DNA from: the human T2T-CHM13v2.0 reference genome, Homo sapiens
Length of the DNA: 64,000 nt
Direction: 5' to 3' (one strand)
NCBI RefSeq assembly: GCF_009914755.1
Contig: NC_060942.1
In this document: positions 14,749 through 27,806 of the stretch, in pieces
Position numbering within the stretch: position 1 is the stretch's first letter
Layout of the letters: every line of letters starts with the position of its first letter
Made by a program: the position numbers and the translations under genes
The notes under the pieces: model-generated
What the model was told of the DNA's origin: nothing
Database searches by the model: none
What the model saw: the letters and a program-made list of their open reading frames with translations, nothing else

Positions 14749-15073
14749 CGCCATTAGTTTGCTAGGGCTGCCATTACAGACTGCCTGGCTTAAACAATAG
14801 AAATGTGTATTCTCACAATTCTAGAAACTACAAGTCTGAGATTAAGGTGTTAACAGAGTTGGCTTCTTCGCAGGCCTTTCTGCTTGGCTTGTAGACAATC
14901 TTCTCCCTGTCTCTTTACGTGGTCTTTCCTCTGGGTATGCCTGTGTCCTAAGAACACCAATGATACTGGAGTAGGGCCCACCTGATGAAGATCCTCTCTC
15001 CAAATACCATCACATACTGGGGTTTAGGATTTCGACATATGAATTTTAAGGGAACACAATTCAGCCTGTAACA
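14749..15073 (-). mobile_element. MaLR solo LTR (MLT1A-like)
   Basis: TTAGTTTGCTAGGGCTGCCATTACAG...GGCTTAAACAATAGAAATG...TTTCGACATATGAATTT...ACACAATTCAGCCTGTAACA is the characteristic MLT1A reverse strand. Confidence 0.85.
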
Positions 15074-17091
15074 CACCTACGAACCAAAAATTAACTCTTC
15101 ATTTCCAAGTGGCTCTATAATGTCTCCTTCTCTCAGTCTAACATGTAATGACAGTCTTGCTTCTTAAAGGCCAAGAAAGGCAGACCTTCAGAAGGCAGAG
15201 AAATTACTGACCATGATGCCAAATCAACAATAGTCAGTACTAATACAGGTCTCACCTTAGCCTTTACTAAAGAAATGATTACCTTCATGTATAAATATAA
15301 AATGCTTATTTATGAAATGAAACAAATAAGTCAGAGGAAAAGTAGCACACATAATTTTGTTTGTCACCCTCAGAAGACTATTGTAATAAATTGCTCAATC
15401 CAATTATCAAAATTCCTTCTGCTACCCTATTTCAAGGAATAGGAATGAAATACTGATTAGAAGAGAGAAAAAAAAAACAAAAGGATGAAAAGAATCTAAA
15501 ATTGTAAAAGCCCCATAAAAACTCTGCAGTTGAAAATATTAACATATACTATTATTTTAAATAATATTATTTTGTACGGCAAAATCTTTGAAGAAACCAC
15601 AGCAAGAAAAAGTCCCTAATTCAGAGGTGGTATCAAATGACATTACTATATTTCTAATTTTATTTACCTTTCTTAAAATAAATGAGATTATAGGAAAACA
15701 ACAGAATTGTAGAAGTCTTCACATCTGTCCCCCTATTTTAACAGTGAGGGATGAGGTCCATTAAGAAATTACTTTCTTAACAACCAAATGGAATCCACCA
15801 ATATTCCAGCCTATGCCACCCCCTACATTTACATTTTGTGCTCTTTCAAAGGCAAACAATGATTTTGAATATTTTTCTATTATTGAGCAAATCACAAATG
15901 TAGGTAACACCGAGTTGTCACATCTGTCCCTCCGAAGGACTTATTAAAAAGGATAGTGGCAACAGAGCGGTTGGACATTTCATAAGTCATCACGATCTAG
16001 TAGGTACTGCATAAAAGATTGAAACAATGCTACTACTCATATTTTTGCTCAAAGAACACCTTTTAAAATACAATTGATGACTATGTGAAGCTTTTCTCCA
16101 AGAAAAAAATCATATATAGCTATACAGATAGATGGATATATACACACACAAAATCTGGCATTTCAGAGAGTTGAAAATATCCCCCAATAAGTATTATAAT
16201 ATTTAAACCTCTGAATCAGATAAATAAAAACAAAGCCCAAGTTAGAAGATACTGGGTAAAGTCTCTTCTTCCTGATCCCTCATCTCAACTAAAAGACTGT
16301 TTCCATGTAATAAAGGAATAAGATGGGAGTCCTAACTTGTTTTTAAAATTCTGGGAATCAATAATATAGATTTTCAAAGGTTTCTTTCTACTCTTTACAC
16401 CATTCGACTCCCATATGGAAGATACTATTTAGCTTTGTCTGGTATGATTAAGATATGAATGTCTTTATCTTTTAAAGTCTAAGCAAAGTTAAAAAAAAAA
16501 AGAAAACAAAACAAAACACATTAGGATGTTCTCAAAACCAACAAAAAATTTAGCTATAAGGTTCAGATAAAACATTGCGAAAAATCACCATCACTGCCAG
16601 CCAGTTAAATGATTAATACATTTTCCTCGACATATTCTATTTCATTCTTTTATACATTATACTGAAAAACTAAAACTTGAAACCTAGTAGTAACTTGTAC
16701 ATGTCTTTGTCACAAAGAGAATCATAACTAAACCTCAAAAGTAAATTTCACTTTTACTTTTTAAAAAGTGAAGAGCATACACATATAATATCACAGTTCT
16801 CAGCTCCCTGAGGCATGTTTGGAGGTCTACACAGAATGAAGGGAAACAGCGGGGTGCCTGAGCAGAGGTGGTCCTCAAATTCGACTGGACACGTCCCATA
16901 GCCCACACACCAATGAATCTAAATTATTCTTGGAGCACATTAAAAACTTAGACTCAAATGAGCAAATATGTGAATAAACTTCCTCATCACATTTAGGAGA
17001 AAATATATCCTTCTACAATTTTGAAATAATCTCCCTTTAAAAGAAACCCCAGTTAGCCTAGTGGATGTTGCAACTGTTTTGGAGTTCCTCA

Positions 17092-17767
<676 letters not shown>

Positions 17768-18219
17768 CTACCTTTCAGAGACTTCACATTTTTAAAAAAT
17801 GAAAGCAAGGATTCAATGGGCCAGGCCAATTTAACTCAAAACCTATAAATTGGGGGGAAATAAATGTTAAAGAATTTATAACATGTTATATGACATGTTA
17901 TAACATATGTTTTCCAACAATTTCTGTTCATTGCTGCTTTAATAAGGTGTCTTGACTCATATTTTTTAGTGCCTTAAGATCCTTCTAAGCTCTAAAATCA
18001 GTTTTCACACTCTGTCAGTTAACTAGGGACTCAAGTTTTTCCTCCTTGTAAATGGCCAGGCTTCAGGTACCAGGGCTTTTTCATATGTATATGCTCCATG
18101 TCCAATAAAGCTTCGGAGAGTATTCAGACATCTAATAAATGCTTGCTAGATGAACGAACAAGCCAAGGAGTGACTGCACTGCTGTGAGTTAGGCATGTGG
18201 AATTTAAAAGAAAAAAAAG

Positions 18220-18365
18220 GGTCGGGTGCAATGGCTCATGCCTATGATCCCAGAACTTTAGAAGGACAAGGTGGGAGAATTGCTTGAGGTCAGATGTTCA
18301 AGACAAGCCTGGGCAACATAGTGAGATCCCATCTCTATAAAATAAAAATAAAAAATAAATAAAAA
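18220..18365 (+). mobile_element. Free left Alu monomer (FLAM-like)
   Basis: Single arm GGTCGGGTGCAATGGCTCATGCC...CCTGGGCAACATAGTGAGATCCCATCTCT followed by an A-rich tail. Confidence 0.85.
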
Positions 18366-18456
18366 GTTGAAAAAAAAAGAATCTAACTACAGGGTTCCAC
18401 TGCTCAGGATGCATCCAGAAAAGGGGACACAGGCAGGTAAAAAATAATTAATTACA

Positions 18457-18758
18457 GGCTGGGTGTGGTGGCTCATGCCTGTAATCCCAGCACTTTGGGA
18501 GGCCAAGGCGGGCAGATCACCTGAGGTCAGGAGTTCGAAATCAGCCTTGGCAACACGGTAAAACCCCATCGCCACTAAAAATTAGCTGTGCATGATGGCA
18601 CACGCTAGTGGTCCCAGCTGCTCTGGAGGCTGAGGCAGGAGAATCACTTGAACACATTAGGTGGAGATTGCAGTGAGCTGAGATCATGTGACTGTACTCC
18701 AGCCTGGGCAATAGGATGCAACTCCATCAAAAAAAAAAAAAAAAAAGAAAGAAAAGAG
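18457..18758 (+). mobile_element. AluS-type element
   Basis: GGCTGGGTGTGGTGGCTCATGCCTGTAATCCCAGC...GATCACCTGAGGTCAGGAGTTCGA; shortened middle A-linker; A tail. Confidence 0.95.
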
Positions 18759-19179
18759 AATTACCACATACTAATGACTAAGTTCCTCAATGGAAATGGA
18801 GAATACATACAAGGTACAATAGCAACACAGAAAGGGCCTGAAAAAACTGGAGAGAGGCATAAAGGTTACAGCACGAATTATGGTGCATCCTAACATCAGA
18901 AAACAAACTATTTGGGAATTATGCAGTTTAAACTAGTTCTGTTTCCTTTATAGGTCACTGTGAGGGTGATTCAGACATGCTTTTATGCCTTAACGTGTCT
19001 GGATCCAAGTGGAAACCCAACAGTATGAGGTGCTATTCCCTCAATACCACTGGGTATGTAAAAGTACATATTACAGACTTTAAATTTTACAAACATAAAA
19101 ACATATATAACTTGGAATGATTCCTGAAAGAATGGAATGACCTTTACTGTGACAAAGGAAAGGCTTTACCAGGCAAGTA

Positions 19180-19700
19180 TTTGGGCAAAAATTATGAACA
19201 ATTTTACACAAGTCAAAATTCCAATAGTAAATAATATTAGAAAAAGATTGGTCCATGCTAGTAATCAAAGATGTATAAATTAAAGCAACCTTGAGATGCC
19301 ATTTTATGGCTGCCAAGGAGGCAAGTTCTTTTTTTTTTTTTTTAACATAACACACAATGATGAAGTAACTATGGTAGAGAATACTATTAATTAGTAACAC
19401 ATTTCTGGAACGCAATATGAAAATACATAACAACAAAAAAAGTAGTTTCATATAATTCCACTCTTAAGAACACATTCTCCAAAAATACACCACAAGAAAT
19501 AAAAAAGCTATAAGCATTAAGTTGTTTATTTGGCATTATCTGTAAAAATCAAAAAGTGAAGCAAAATCCAAAATTATCAAATCAGGGAAGAATGTTAACA
19601 AACTAAAGTGTATTGACACAATCTAATATCATGTACTCAATAGTTTATGATCGTGAAGGCACTGCATAAACAAAACAAAAATTTGTTATGAGGATATGTA
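19180..19700 (+). mobile_element. Ancient L1 (L1M/L1ME-type) fragment, ORF2 end region
   Basis: TGGGCAAAAATTATGAACA...CTAGTAATCAAAGATGTATAAATTAAAGCAACCTTGAGATGCCATTTT...AATTCCACTCTTAAGAA are degenerate L1 ORF2 3' motifs. Confidence 0.7.
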
Positions 19701-20321
19701 AAAAATGTGAAATGCCACGTGCACTTTGTAAATAAGACTTAAATAGCATAAATCAACATTTGCTCTTCTGTAGCAGCAATGCTTAAAATAATGACAAGCT
19801 AAGCATGCTCCGTACTTGAGCAAGATCAAAATTAAAAATCTGCCAATGTAGTGAAAATATGCAAATTTTTAGCAGTAGATAATTTCTCCCATGATAATTT
19901 TAAGCCATCTTTCAATGTCTAGCACACATGCCACCTCATTCAGCCATCCAATTCTCACAGCCGCAAGTAATATTTTCTCCTACCTCTGTATTTCCAGTAC
20001 ACTCTGCTTAGAGTCCCCCTGAGGCATTATCAGGGTCTCCCTTGTAGCTGACGGTGTACCCGCTCTGATGTGCAGGATAAAAGAAAGTAGTATCCTTTCT
20101 TCACTTCTGCATCTGTGTCTACAAGGAATCAATGTGTATTTGTGTTTCTTAAATTTAGATACCTGTGTTTCAAAGCTAGAAAAAAGAGACCAAAAAGGGA
20201 TTGAAAATGGAGATGCACAGTCTGAGTCCTCCTACACACATATGGTTACAATATTCCAAAGGAAATACAGCTATGGAGTTTTGTTCCTTTTTTTAAAAAA
20301 AAAAAAAAAAATGGAACTCAC

Positions 20322-20362
20322 AGCCGGGTGCAGTGGCTAATGTCTATTATCCCAGCATTTTG
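20322..20362 (+). mobile_element. Isolated Alu 5' fragment (~40 bp)
   Basis: AGCCGGGTGCAGTGGCTAATGTCTATTATCCCAGCATTTTG, then an abrupt switch to non-Alu sequence. Confidence 0.75.
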
Positions 20363-20414
20363 TTCTTGCAAGTGCATTCATATCTAATCTGCATTTCTGT
20401 CCATTTCTAAAGTA

Positions 20415-20691
20415 CAGTTGACCCACAGTACCCATGGATTCTGCATCCACAGATTCAACCAACTGCTAACAAAAAATATTTGAAAAAAATGAAAACAATA
20501 TTGCAAAAAGTACAGTATTTACATAGTGTGTATTATAAGTAATCTAGAGATAACTTAAAGTATACAGGAGGATGCACATAGCTTATATACAAATACTATG
20601 CCATTTTTTATCAGAGATTTGAGCATCTGCAGATTTTGGTATCCAAAGGGGTTCCTGGAACCAATCCTCTGAGAATACCGAGGGACATCTG
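20415..20691 (-). mobile_element. MER2 (TcMar-Tigger) DNA transposon
   Basis: TA|CAGTTGACCC...AAGTAATCTAGAGATAACTTAAAGTATACAGGAGGATG...TCCTGGAACCAATCC...ATACCGAGGGACATCTG|TA. TIR-like ends and TA target duplication. Confidence 0.88.
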
Positions 20692-20914
20692 TACTATGCA
20701 TTGCTACTTAAATGCATTATTTAAAAATGTACTATAAATGGCCATTGAAATAAGAGCTAAAAATAAGTTTTATAATTTTTTCATGTTCCTAAAAAGATTT
20801 TCAATTTTTGATAAAATGGAGTTTTTTTGTTAATTTCCTTTTGTTCAGAAAAAGAAACAGCATATTTGAAAGACTATAGAGGACTCTTGCAAATAGCAAA
20901 AGTTTCAATTTGTA

Positions 20915-21230
20915 TATCCTGTGTCCCAAAATTTCATTGCAGAAAATTTATCCTAAGGAAATAATCATAGATCTGATAAAGATTAAGTGCCAAGGATGTT
21001 TATTCCAGAATTTTATATAATAGCAAAATGTTGGGGAATGGGAAGTTGTAAATGGTCTATAAAAGAGCTTTTAGTAAATATACTAATAGCACATCTGTAT
21101 GCTGTATTGCTACACAGATATGACAATTACATTGAAGAAGATCTAGTGATCAGGAAAAATAACTTAAAATATATCATTTAGGAAAAATGCATTAAAGAGG
21201 AAACTCAATTTTTGAAAAAATAAAATAACT
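20915..21230 (+). mobile_element. Ancient L1 (L1ME-type) 3' region, interrupted by MER82
   Basis: AATTTATCCTAAGGAAATAATC...CAAGGATGTTTATTCCAGAATTTTATATAATAGCAAAA. The sequence appears to resume after 21880. Confidence 0.7.
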
Positions 21231-21231
21231 G

Positions 21232-21877
21232 GAGTTATTCTTATCATTTGCAGTAGTTATGATCCATAAAGTTGCCAAAAAACACTGAATTTGTAAAGGC
21301 TGAACCACTGCTCCTAGAAGAAATGCAAAGTTAGGTTCCTATGAGCCTCTGGTCACAAGATTTTCATCAACTGATCAATACCTTGTTTTATGTGCATTTC
21401 TGTTTAAAGACACCTTATTTAACATTGGCTGTTGATTTGTTAATATTGACCACATGGCCGATAGCACTATAACTCATGCCTGAACAAAACTTATTGACTA
21501 CACGTATTTTCTCGGTGAGGCACATCCAGCCTTCCTGTGCTTAGGAACACTAGACAGCACTTCAGTCCTACACATGGGGGCCATTTTAAACAGTGAAATC
21601 ACCAACAAAAAGCACACAAATGAGGAAACATGATATTAAGTAGGCTGCAAACAGGACATTTGTTTAGAGTCTGAGGACTGAAATAGTAAGGCAGAGAATC
21701 TACTTGTTCATTCTCAGGTGGGAAAGTGTGTGCTGGCTGACTCAAATTTTTTGCTACTCTTCATGTGTCTGCCAATGACCAAGACAGTGCTATGTACATT
21801 AATTGGGGGTTACAAATAAGTCTCAAGGAATAGGTGAATTTTCAGATATGGACTTCACAAATAAGGAAGAGTGACTG
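21232..21877 (-). mobile_element. MER82 (TcMar-Tigger) DNA transposon
   Basis: GTTAGGTTCCTATGAGCCTCTGGTCACAA, CTGTTTAAAGACACCTTATTTAA, CTTAGGAACACTAGACAGCACTTCAG, GGGGCCATTTTAAACAG; ends ...GACTG|TA; ~650 bp. Confidence 0.85.
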
Positions 21878-22921
21878 TATATATACATAGGGGAAAAACT
21901 GGATGGATTTAAGTAATCTATAAACAGAAGTCTCTCCATGGAGTAACTAAGTAAGTGTGTTACAGGTAATACTTATTTTCTTTTTGCTCATCTGCTGTTT
22001 CAAGGTAAATTTATCATGCATCAATTACTTATAAAAATGACATATCTGATTACCTATTCTAATTATCTACTGCAAATATTTACTAACTTTTGAATTATAG
22101 GAAGAAAACTAACACTAACAAAATCCTTTACAATTTTGGTGTTTACATTATATTTTAAGAACTATCTTACACTGTTAAATAGTTTGTGATACTGAGAGTT
22201 ATTTGCCATTAACCATTTACCTTAACCATTGGCAGTATCTAATTTTAAGGAGTTAAAAAGAATGCAGGTCAAGAGGACTTTAACTTTCTGTGGTGATAAT
22301 ACTACATGAAGAGAAAATGGACTCAAGTTATTTATAGCTGATACAATTCATTTCCAAAACAATGATGTCATATCTTACATTTTATGTTTGTAGTCACACT
22401 AATATGGCTGCTAACCAGTTGCAAGACTTCACTGAACACTTCCACATCAATTAAAATATAAAATGTTATAACTACACAGTAAAAATGACAATTGGCAAGA
22501 AACCACTAGAAAGAAGTTTAGTAAGGGCAAAACCAACCAAACCCAAAAGGAGTTAGGGAGAAGAGCAGGTAACCACTACATATAAAGATAAAAAATTAAA
22601 TATAAATATTAAATACACCTTGATAAGAAAACAAGGCCATGGAAGTATAAGAAAAATTGAGAGACAGTGTGATATTAGAGAAAGCAAATAGCAAGTGAAA
22701 GCATGTGCAATTTCAGATAGAAAAATATTTGATCTCTTTTGAAAATCTTACTTTCAAAGGTAGGTATCACCTTTAGAGTGGCCTAAATATTAAATACGAT
22801 GATCAAATATTACTATATTTCAGACAAACATCTGTGAAGTTATACATTTTTAACCAGCAAAAACAGAAGTTTTTTTTTATCTATGATATGAAAACTTAAG
22901 TTTGTTTAATTTCTATGATGA

Positions 22922-23002
22922 GCATTCATCCATCCATCCACCCATCCATCCAATATTTACTGAGTACTGATGTTTACAAAGTACTGTTTGGGGCACTGGA
23001 TA
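22922..23002 (-). mobile_element. L2 3' tail with (CATC)n
   Basis: CATTCATCCATCC...AATATTTACTGAGTACT...GGGGCACTGGA. Confidence 0.7.
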
Positions 23003-23011
23003 AACACCACA

Positions 23012-23500
23012 TGTGACGGTTAATTTTATGGGTCAATGTGGCTGTGCCATGGGGTGCCTGGGTATTTGGCCAAACTTTATTCTAGGTGTTTCTGTGAGTG
23101 TGTTTTGGGATGAAATTAACAGTTAAATCAGTAGACTGAATAAAACAGATTGCTCTCTTTAATGTGGGTGAGGTTCATCCAATCAGCTGAAGACCAGTTG
23201 AACCAATCAGTTGAACAAAAGCAGACCCTATTCTGAGTAAGAGAGAACTCCTACCTGACTGCCTTTGAACTCGAACATCAGCTTTTTTCTGCCATCAGAC
23301 TCAAACTGAAACAATGGCTCTTGCCAAGTGTCAAGCCAGCCACCCTTCAGATTGGACTACACCATCAGCTCTCTTGGGTCTCCAGCTTGCTGACTCAACC
23401 TGCAGATCTTGGATCTTGTCAGATTCCATAATCCCATGAGCTAATTCCTTAGAAAGAAAATCCTATGGCTCGGTTTCTCTGGAGAACCTTGGCTAGTATA
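23012..23500 (+). mobile_element. ERVL solo LTR (MLT2B-like)
   Basis: Starts TGTGACGGTTAATTTTATGGGTCAA and ends TTTCTCTGGAGAACCTTGGCTAGTATA; 5-bp flanks CCACA / CCATG. Confidence 0.9.
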
Positions 23501-26053
23501 CCATGCTGGGCTACCAGGATACATGAGCATGTCAGAGGAGTCCTGAGTTTCTCCAAACCTGGTGTATGGCACAGTTTACCTGTGGTCTTCAGTCTAGCTT
23601 CGCAGATTTTTCAACCATGAAAATCCTATGTTATTCACATACACATTGCATTCCCAAAGTTGGAAGGAATTTCTAATGAAACCTAAGAACTTTTTGTTGG
23701 AACTTAAAGAAACGAATTAATAGAATCTTCACAGTTATTAGTGTAAATATATAAAACCAACTCACTATGGGCCACATCAATGCAATGTGCACACTGCCCA
23801 ACTCACTAGCTGAAACATTACATCTTCCTATCCCACTGAATAGCTAATACCATAAAAAAGAGTGAGTTAGAATTCACTCTGACATATGCTTTTAAAATGT
23901 GAAGTTCTGCAAAACTTTTAAACAATTATCAGTATTATATAACTTGTGACCCTTCATATTTGTTCTCAACACACACTTTCTTGAACACCCCAGTGGAGAA
24001 CTGACCATCCAGTATACACGATGATTTAAACACGTAAAACATAAAATTTTACCTTTAACACAGATACTGCTAATGACTAGAATTGATGTTAATGGCTTAA
24101 ATAACTTTCTAGTTGCATTGGCTCTAGAACACCTTAGCAGTTTGCTTCCCACTTAGTATTTTATGTATCTTAACTTTTGTTCAAGAGTATAGTATTTCAG
24201 ACCTTCCCATGCCCTCAAATGTTAAAGTATACACAAAAACTCTACCTCCCTAGCAGTATCAGTCATACGACCCCTGTAGCTATTTATATGACTCTCCTGA
24301 CTAAACACAACTTAATTTTCATCTGCCATAATGAAGTTAGTGGTGAATTCTCCTGCCTTTCAAAGTCATCTGCACCTGTATTCATTTATTTAACAGCACC
24401 TTATTGACTTATATTTCTCCAAAAGCCACCTGGGGACTTGACTGTAACTACACTTGTGATTTATAAACAAATACATCGTCACACATTTCAGAATTTAATC
24501 TCACCAAGCTTATTTCATACCTATGTGCAATTTAATTTGAGCAAAATGCTATGTTTGCTGAAATAGCTGTTCTTGTGGATCAGTTTTAAAAAAGAAAAAG
24601 GATTGATTGAAGTACAAGCATAAACTTTTCTGCCATCCAGGAAACTAAGTTGCATAGTTTGAGGTACACAATAGATTAAAAAGAATCTACCCTAAGCATG
24701 AAAGGGCTTCTAATTTCCTTGATTGCTTAAGAATTCCAAATATAAGAAAGAAAAAAACCACTTCACCCTACAAACACACCCCACTTTGGTCACAGTGAAT
24801 ATCCTACCAAAGGCAAAATTAACCACTTGCGCACCTGTTTCAGTTTTTCTCTGCCCTCTCCATCTCTGCCTACATCTCTTCCTATTTCTCAAATTGCTCA
24901 AGAGAAAAAAAACGAGGAATGTGCTGGTTGAGAAGTTAAAGCATGTTCCTATTTCCCACAGCCACCCATAAAGAAATGCCCAAGTCGTATCCACTCACCT
25001 TAATCATGGAGCAGAAACTTTGTCTCCTAGAAATTTGCCTGTGTCCTACTTTTCCAGTTAGAAGACAGAGCAAAAATAACTGTTTCCTCCCTCTCTTTGG
25101 GACAAAGTATTACATTCTCCGTAAACCCAAAAATCATGAGTTAATTTTAGTAGAAAAAATCTTATTTTTTTTCATTATATTAAATGGAGAAATGAAATCC
25201 CAAGTGTTTGGAATTGATTGACTACAAACTGCCTAAAGAATTGTTAATAAGAAATGAAAATTTCAAGCACAGTGAGGGTATTCTGACCCATCTCTGCAGA
25301 ATCATTTCTTGAAATGTTCTGGTGTTTTTTAACTGGAAACACAGAAGGCAATCCTTATCCATATCCTTGCTTTCTGATTCTATATATCCAGCCCTGTGAG
25401 CAAAGCTATGGACTACGTGCAAGAAAAGAGGTTTCTTTTCACACTGACTATCCAGTAGTGACTGACAGTAGTTGGTGCCTTGGGAAAGAGCAATTGCAGA
25501 GCAGATTATTTATTTTATAATGAATATGCAAATTATTCCCTTGCCTTTTTAAGTCAAGAGTTTAGCCACTTAATGTAAATTAAATATACAAAATCCTAAA
25601 ACTTATCTTGTGGCTTGGAGCAAATTATTGCTATTGAGAGGCCTTATTTACTTGACTTATTTGTGGGAGGAAAGGTGGCAAGGGGTGGGCAGTAGTGGTT
25701 CAAAGTACTTATCTGAGAAACTGAAATGGAAATTGGAAGAAAATATAAAGCATAAAAATAGGCTACAGTTTATGGTGAGCAATGCTAAATATCTAGGAAT
25801 CCCTAACACTGCAATTAAAACTGGTTTCAGATTATGAAAAAAAAAATTAGGGGGTAAATTTGAAGTCAGGTGAAGTACTTCTTACGTATATCTGTGCTGA
25901 TTTAAATAATCAAAGCCTATTATTTGCCTATAAAAAATACTCTGTTTTCACTAGTTACTTAACACTAGGTACTCAGAGTAGGCTGATACTCAGTAAACTG
26001 TCAGTGAAGAAACAAATGAAGTAATGTAAATAAAACACTTATGCCCAATTAAT

Positions 26054-26282
26054 AAACTCCTTATATATATATATAAACTCCTTTATATATATATAAAGTA
26101 TATATATAAAAACTCCTTTATATATATATAAAGTACATATATAAAAACTCCTTTATATATATATAAAGTATATATATAAAAACTCCTTTATATATATAAA
26201 GTATATATATAAAAACTCCTTTATATATATATAAAGTATATATATAAAAACTCCTTTATATATATAAAGTATATATATAAAA
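26054..26282. repeat. AT-rich minisatellite, ~35-bp unit, ~6.5 copies
   Basis: ACTCC anchor at about 26056, 26077, 26112, 26147, 26182, 26215 and 26250. Unit is approximately AAAAACTCCTTTATATATATATAAAGTATATATAT. Confidence 0.95.
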
Positions 26283-26440
26283 TACATATAAAGGATGTAT
26301 ATATATAAAGTACATATATATAAAGTATGTATATATATAAAGTATACATATATGAAGTATGTTTATATATATATATATACACATAAAGTATGTATATATA
26401 TACACACACACACACACACATATATACACACACACACATA
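26283..26440. repeat. Compound (TA)n/(CA)n low-complexity tract
   Basis: Degenerate TATA units grading into CACACA runs, at the tail position of the adjacent L1PA. Confidence 0.9.
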
Positions 26441-26790
26441 TACTTTAAGTTCTGGGATACACTGCAGAACGTGCAGGTTTGTTACATAGGTATACACATG
26501 CCATGGTGGTTTGCTGCACCCATCAACCCGTCATCTACATTAGGTATTTCTCCTAATGCTATCCATCCCCCTAGCCCCCATCCCCTGAGAGGCCCCAGTG
26601 TGTGATGTTCCCCTCCCTGCATACATGTGTTCTCATTATTCAATTCCCACTTATGAGTGAGAACATGCGGTAGCTAGTTTTCTGTTCATGTGTTAGTTTG
26701 CTCAGAATGATGGTTTCCAGCTTCATCCATGTCCCTGCAAAGGACATGAACTCATACTTTTATATGGCTGCATAGTATTCCATGGTGTAT
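26439..26790 (-). mobile_element. 5'-truncated L1PA (approx. L1PA6-8) 3' end
   Basis: TATACTTTAAGTTCTGGGATAC...CAGAACGTGCAGGTTTGTTACATAGG...CCCACTTATGAGTGAGAACATGCGG...GGCTGCATAGTATTCCATGGTGTAT is the reverse complement of the primate L1 3' UTR. Confidence 0.95.
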
Positions 26791-27486
26791 TATATATTTA
26801 TATACACATAAAAAAAATCACCAGAAATTTTAAATACTATTAATTTTTTTTGGTTCTACAATAGAAAAATGGGTGACACAGTATGAATACCACTGGCCCA
26901 GGAGAAGTTGGGGCACCACTTTTTCTGGCAAAGTCTGCCAGCTGTGGCCAGTGGCATTGAGCTCTTGCAGTAATTCCTGATGCCAGCTGGCTATGACTTT
27001 TTCCTGTCTGCCTATCCAAGAAAACAATCAGTGTTAATTCCAGCAGGTTGTGTTATTGATTTTTGTTACTAAAACAGACTTATGATGAAGAACTACTATA
27101 AACACTCTTATCAAAAATTTCTTTAGGTTCTCTAACATATATTATGACCATAAAAGTATTTACCATATATTCATTAAAAGAACCCTAAAGTCTTTTCTTC
27201 TGAAGAAACTGACTAAATCAAAATGATTTAAAAGTGCACAGGTATTTGTTCTTTATCATAAAATTTGATAACAGGAAAATGGAGATTGTTGTAACTGTTG
27301 ATATCTTGAAATCAAGGATAACAAACAGATATTTAATTTTTCTCCTTCTTCAAATATTTTTTAAAAACCATGAAGCAATCCAAGAATTCAAACTAACTGT
27401 TTTACATAGAATTCTTATGCTTTTCCATTATTTTATGGAGCTATTCTTATTAAGGAGTAATAGTCCTAAAAATGGGTGAGAAGTGT

Positions 27487-27613
27487 AAGTAAAATTATCT
27501 TTATCCAAGATAATCATCTTCATTCTCATGATTAATTCACAAACAGAATTAAATGTAATTCAATAGACAAAAAAACATTTGATTACCTAAACATACATAT
27601 AGATGCAAATACA

Positions 27614-27650
<37 letters not shown>

Positions 27651-27806
27651 GTAATATATATCTATCTTCTATCTAGATAGATATATGTTCCATCTATATG
27701 TATGTTTAGGTAATCAAATGCTTTTTCGCCTACTGAATTATGCTTAATTCTGTTTGTGAATTAATTATGTGAATGAAGATGATTATCTTGGATGATAATT
27801 TTACTT
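27487..27806. repeat. Long inverted repeat (arms ~135 bp) enclosing a (TATC)n tract
   Basis: Manual alignment of 27487-27605 with the reverse complement of 27691-27806 gives 116 aligned positions, 9 substitutions and one 3-nt bulge. Confidence 0.95.
27614..27650. repeat. (TATC)9 tetranucleotide STR
   Basis: Seen directly. Confidence 0.95.

Noticed and set aside
17875-17912. Overlapping ACATGT palindromes resembling a p53 site
   Set aside because: Half-site flanks and spacing do not fit RRRCWWGYYY x2. A short AT-rich duplication explains it.
26054-26282. ~35-bp periodic palindromic repeats superficially like a CRISPR array
   Set aside because: There are no unique spacers and no cas genes, and the DNA is primate. 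It is a tandem minisatellite.
26221-26605. Tyr/Ile/His/Thr-rich ORFs
   Set aside because: They are artefacts of (TA)n/(CA)n repeats and the L1 3' UTR.
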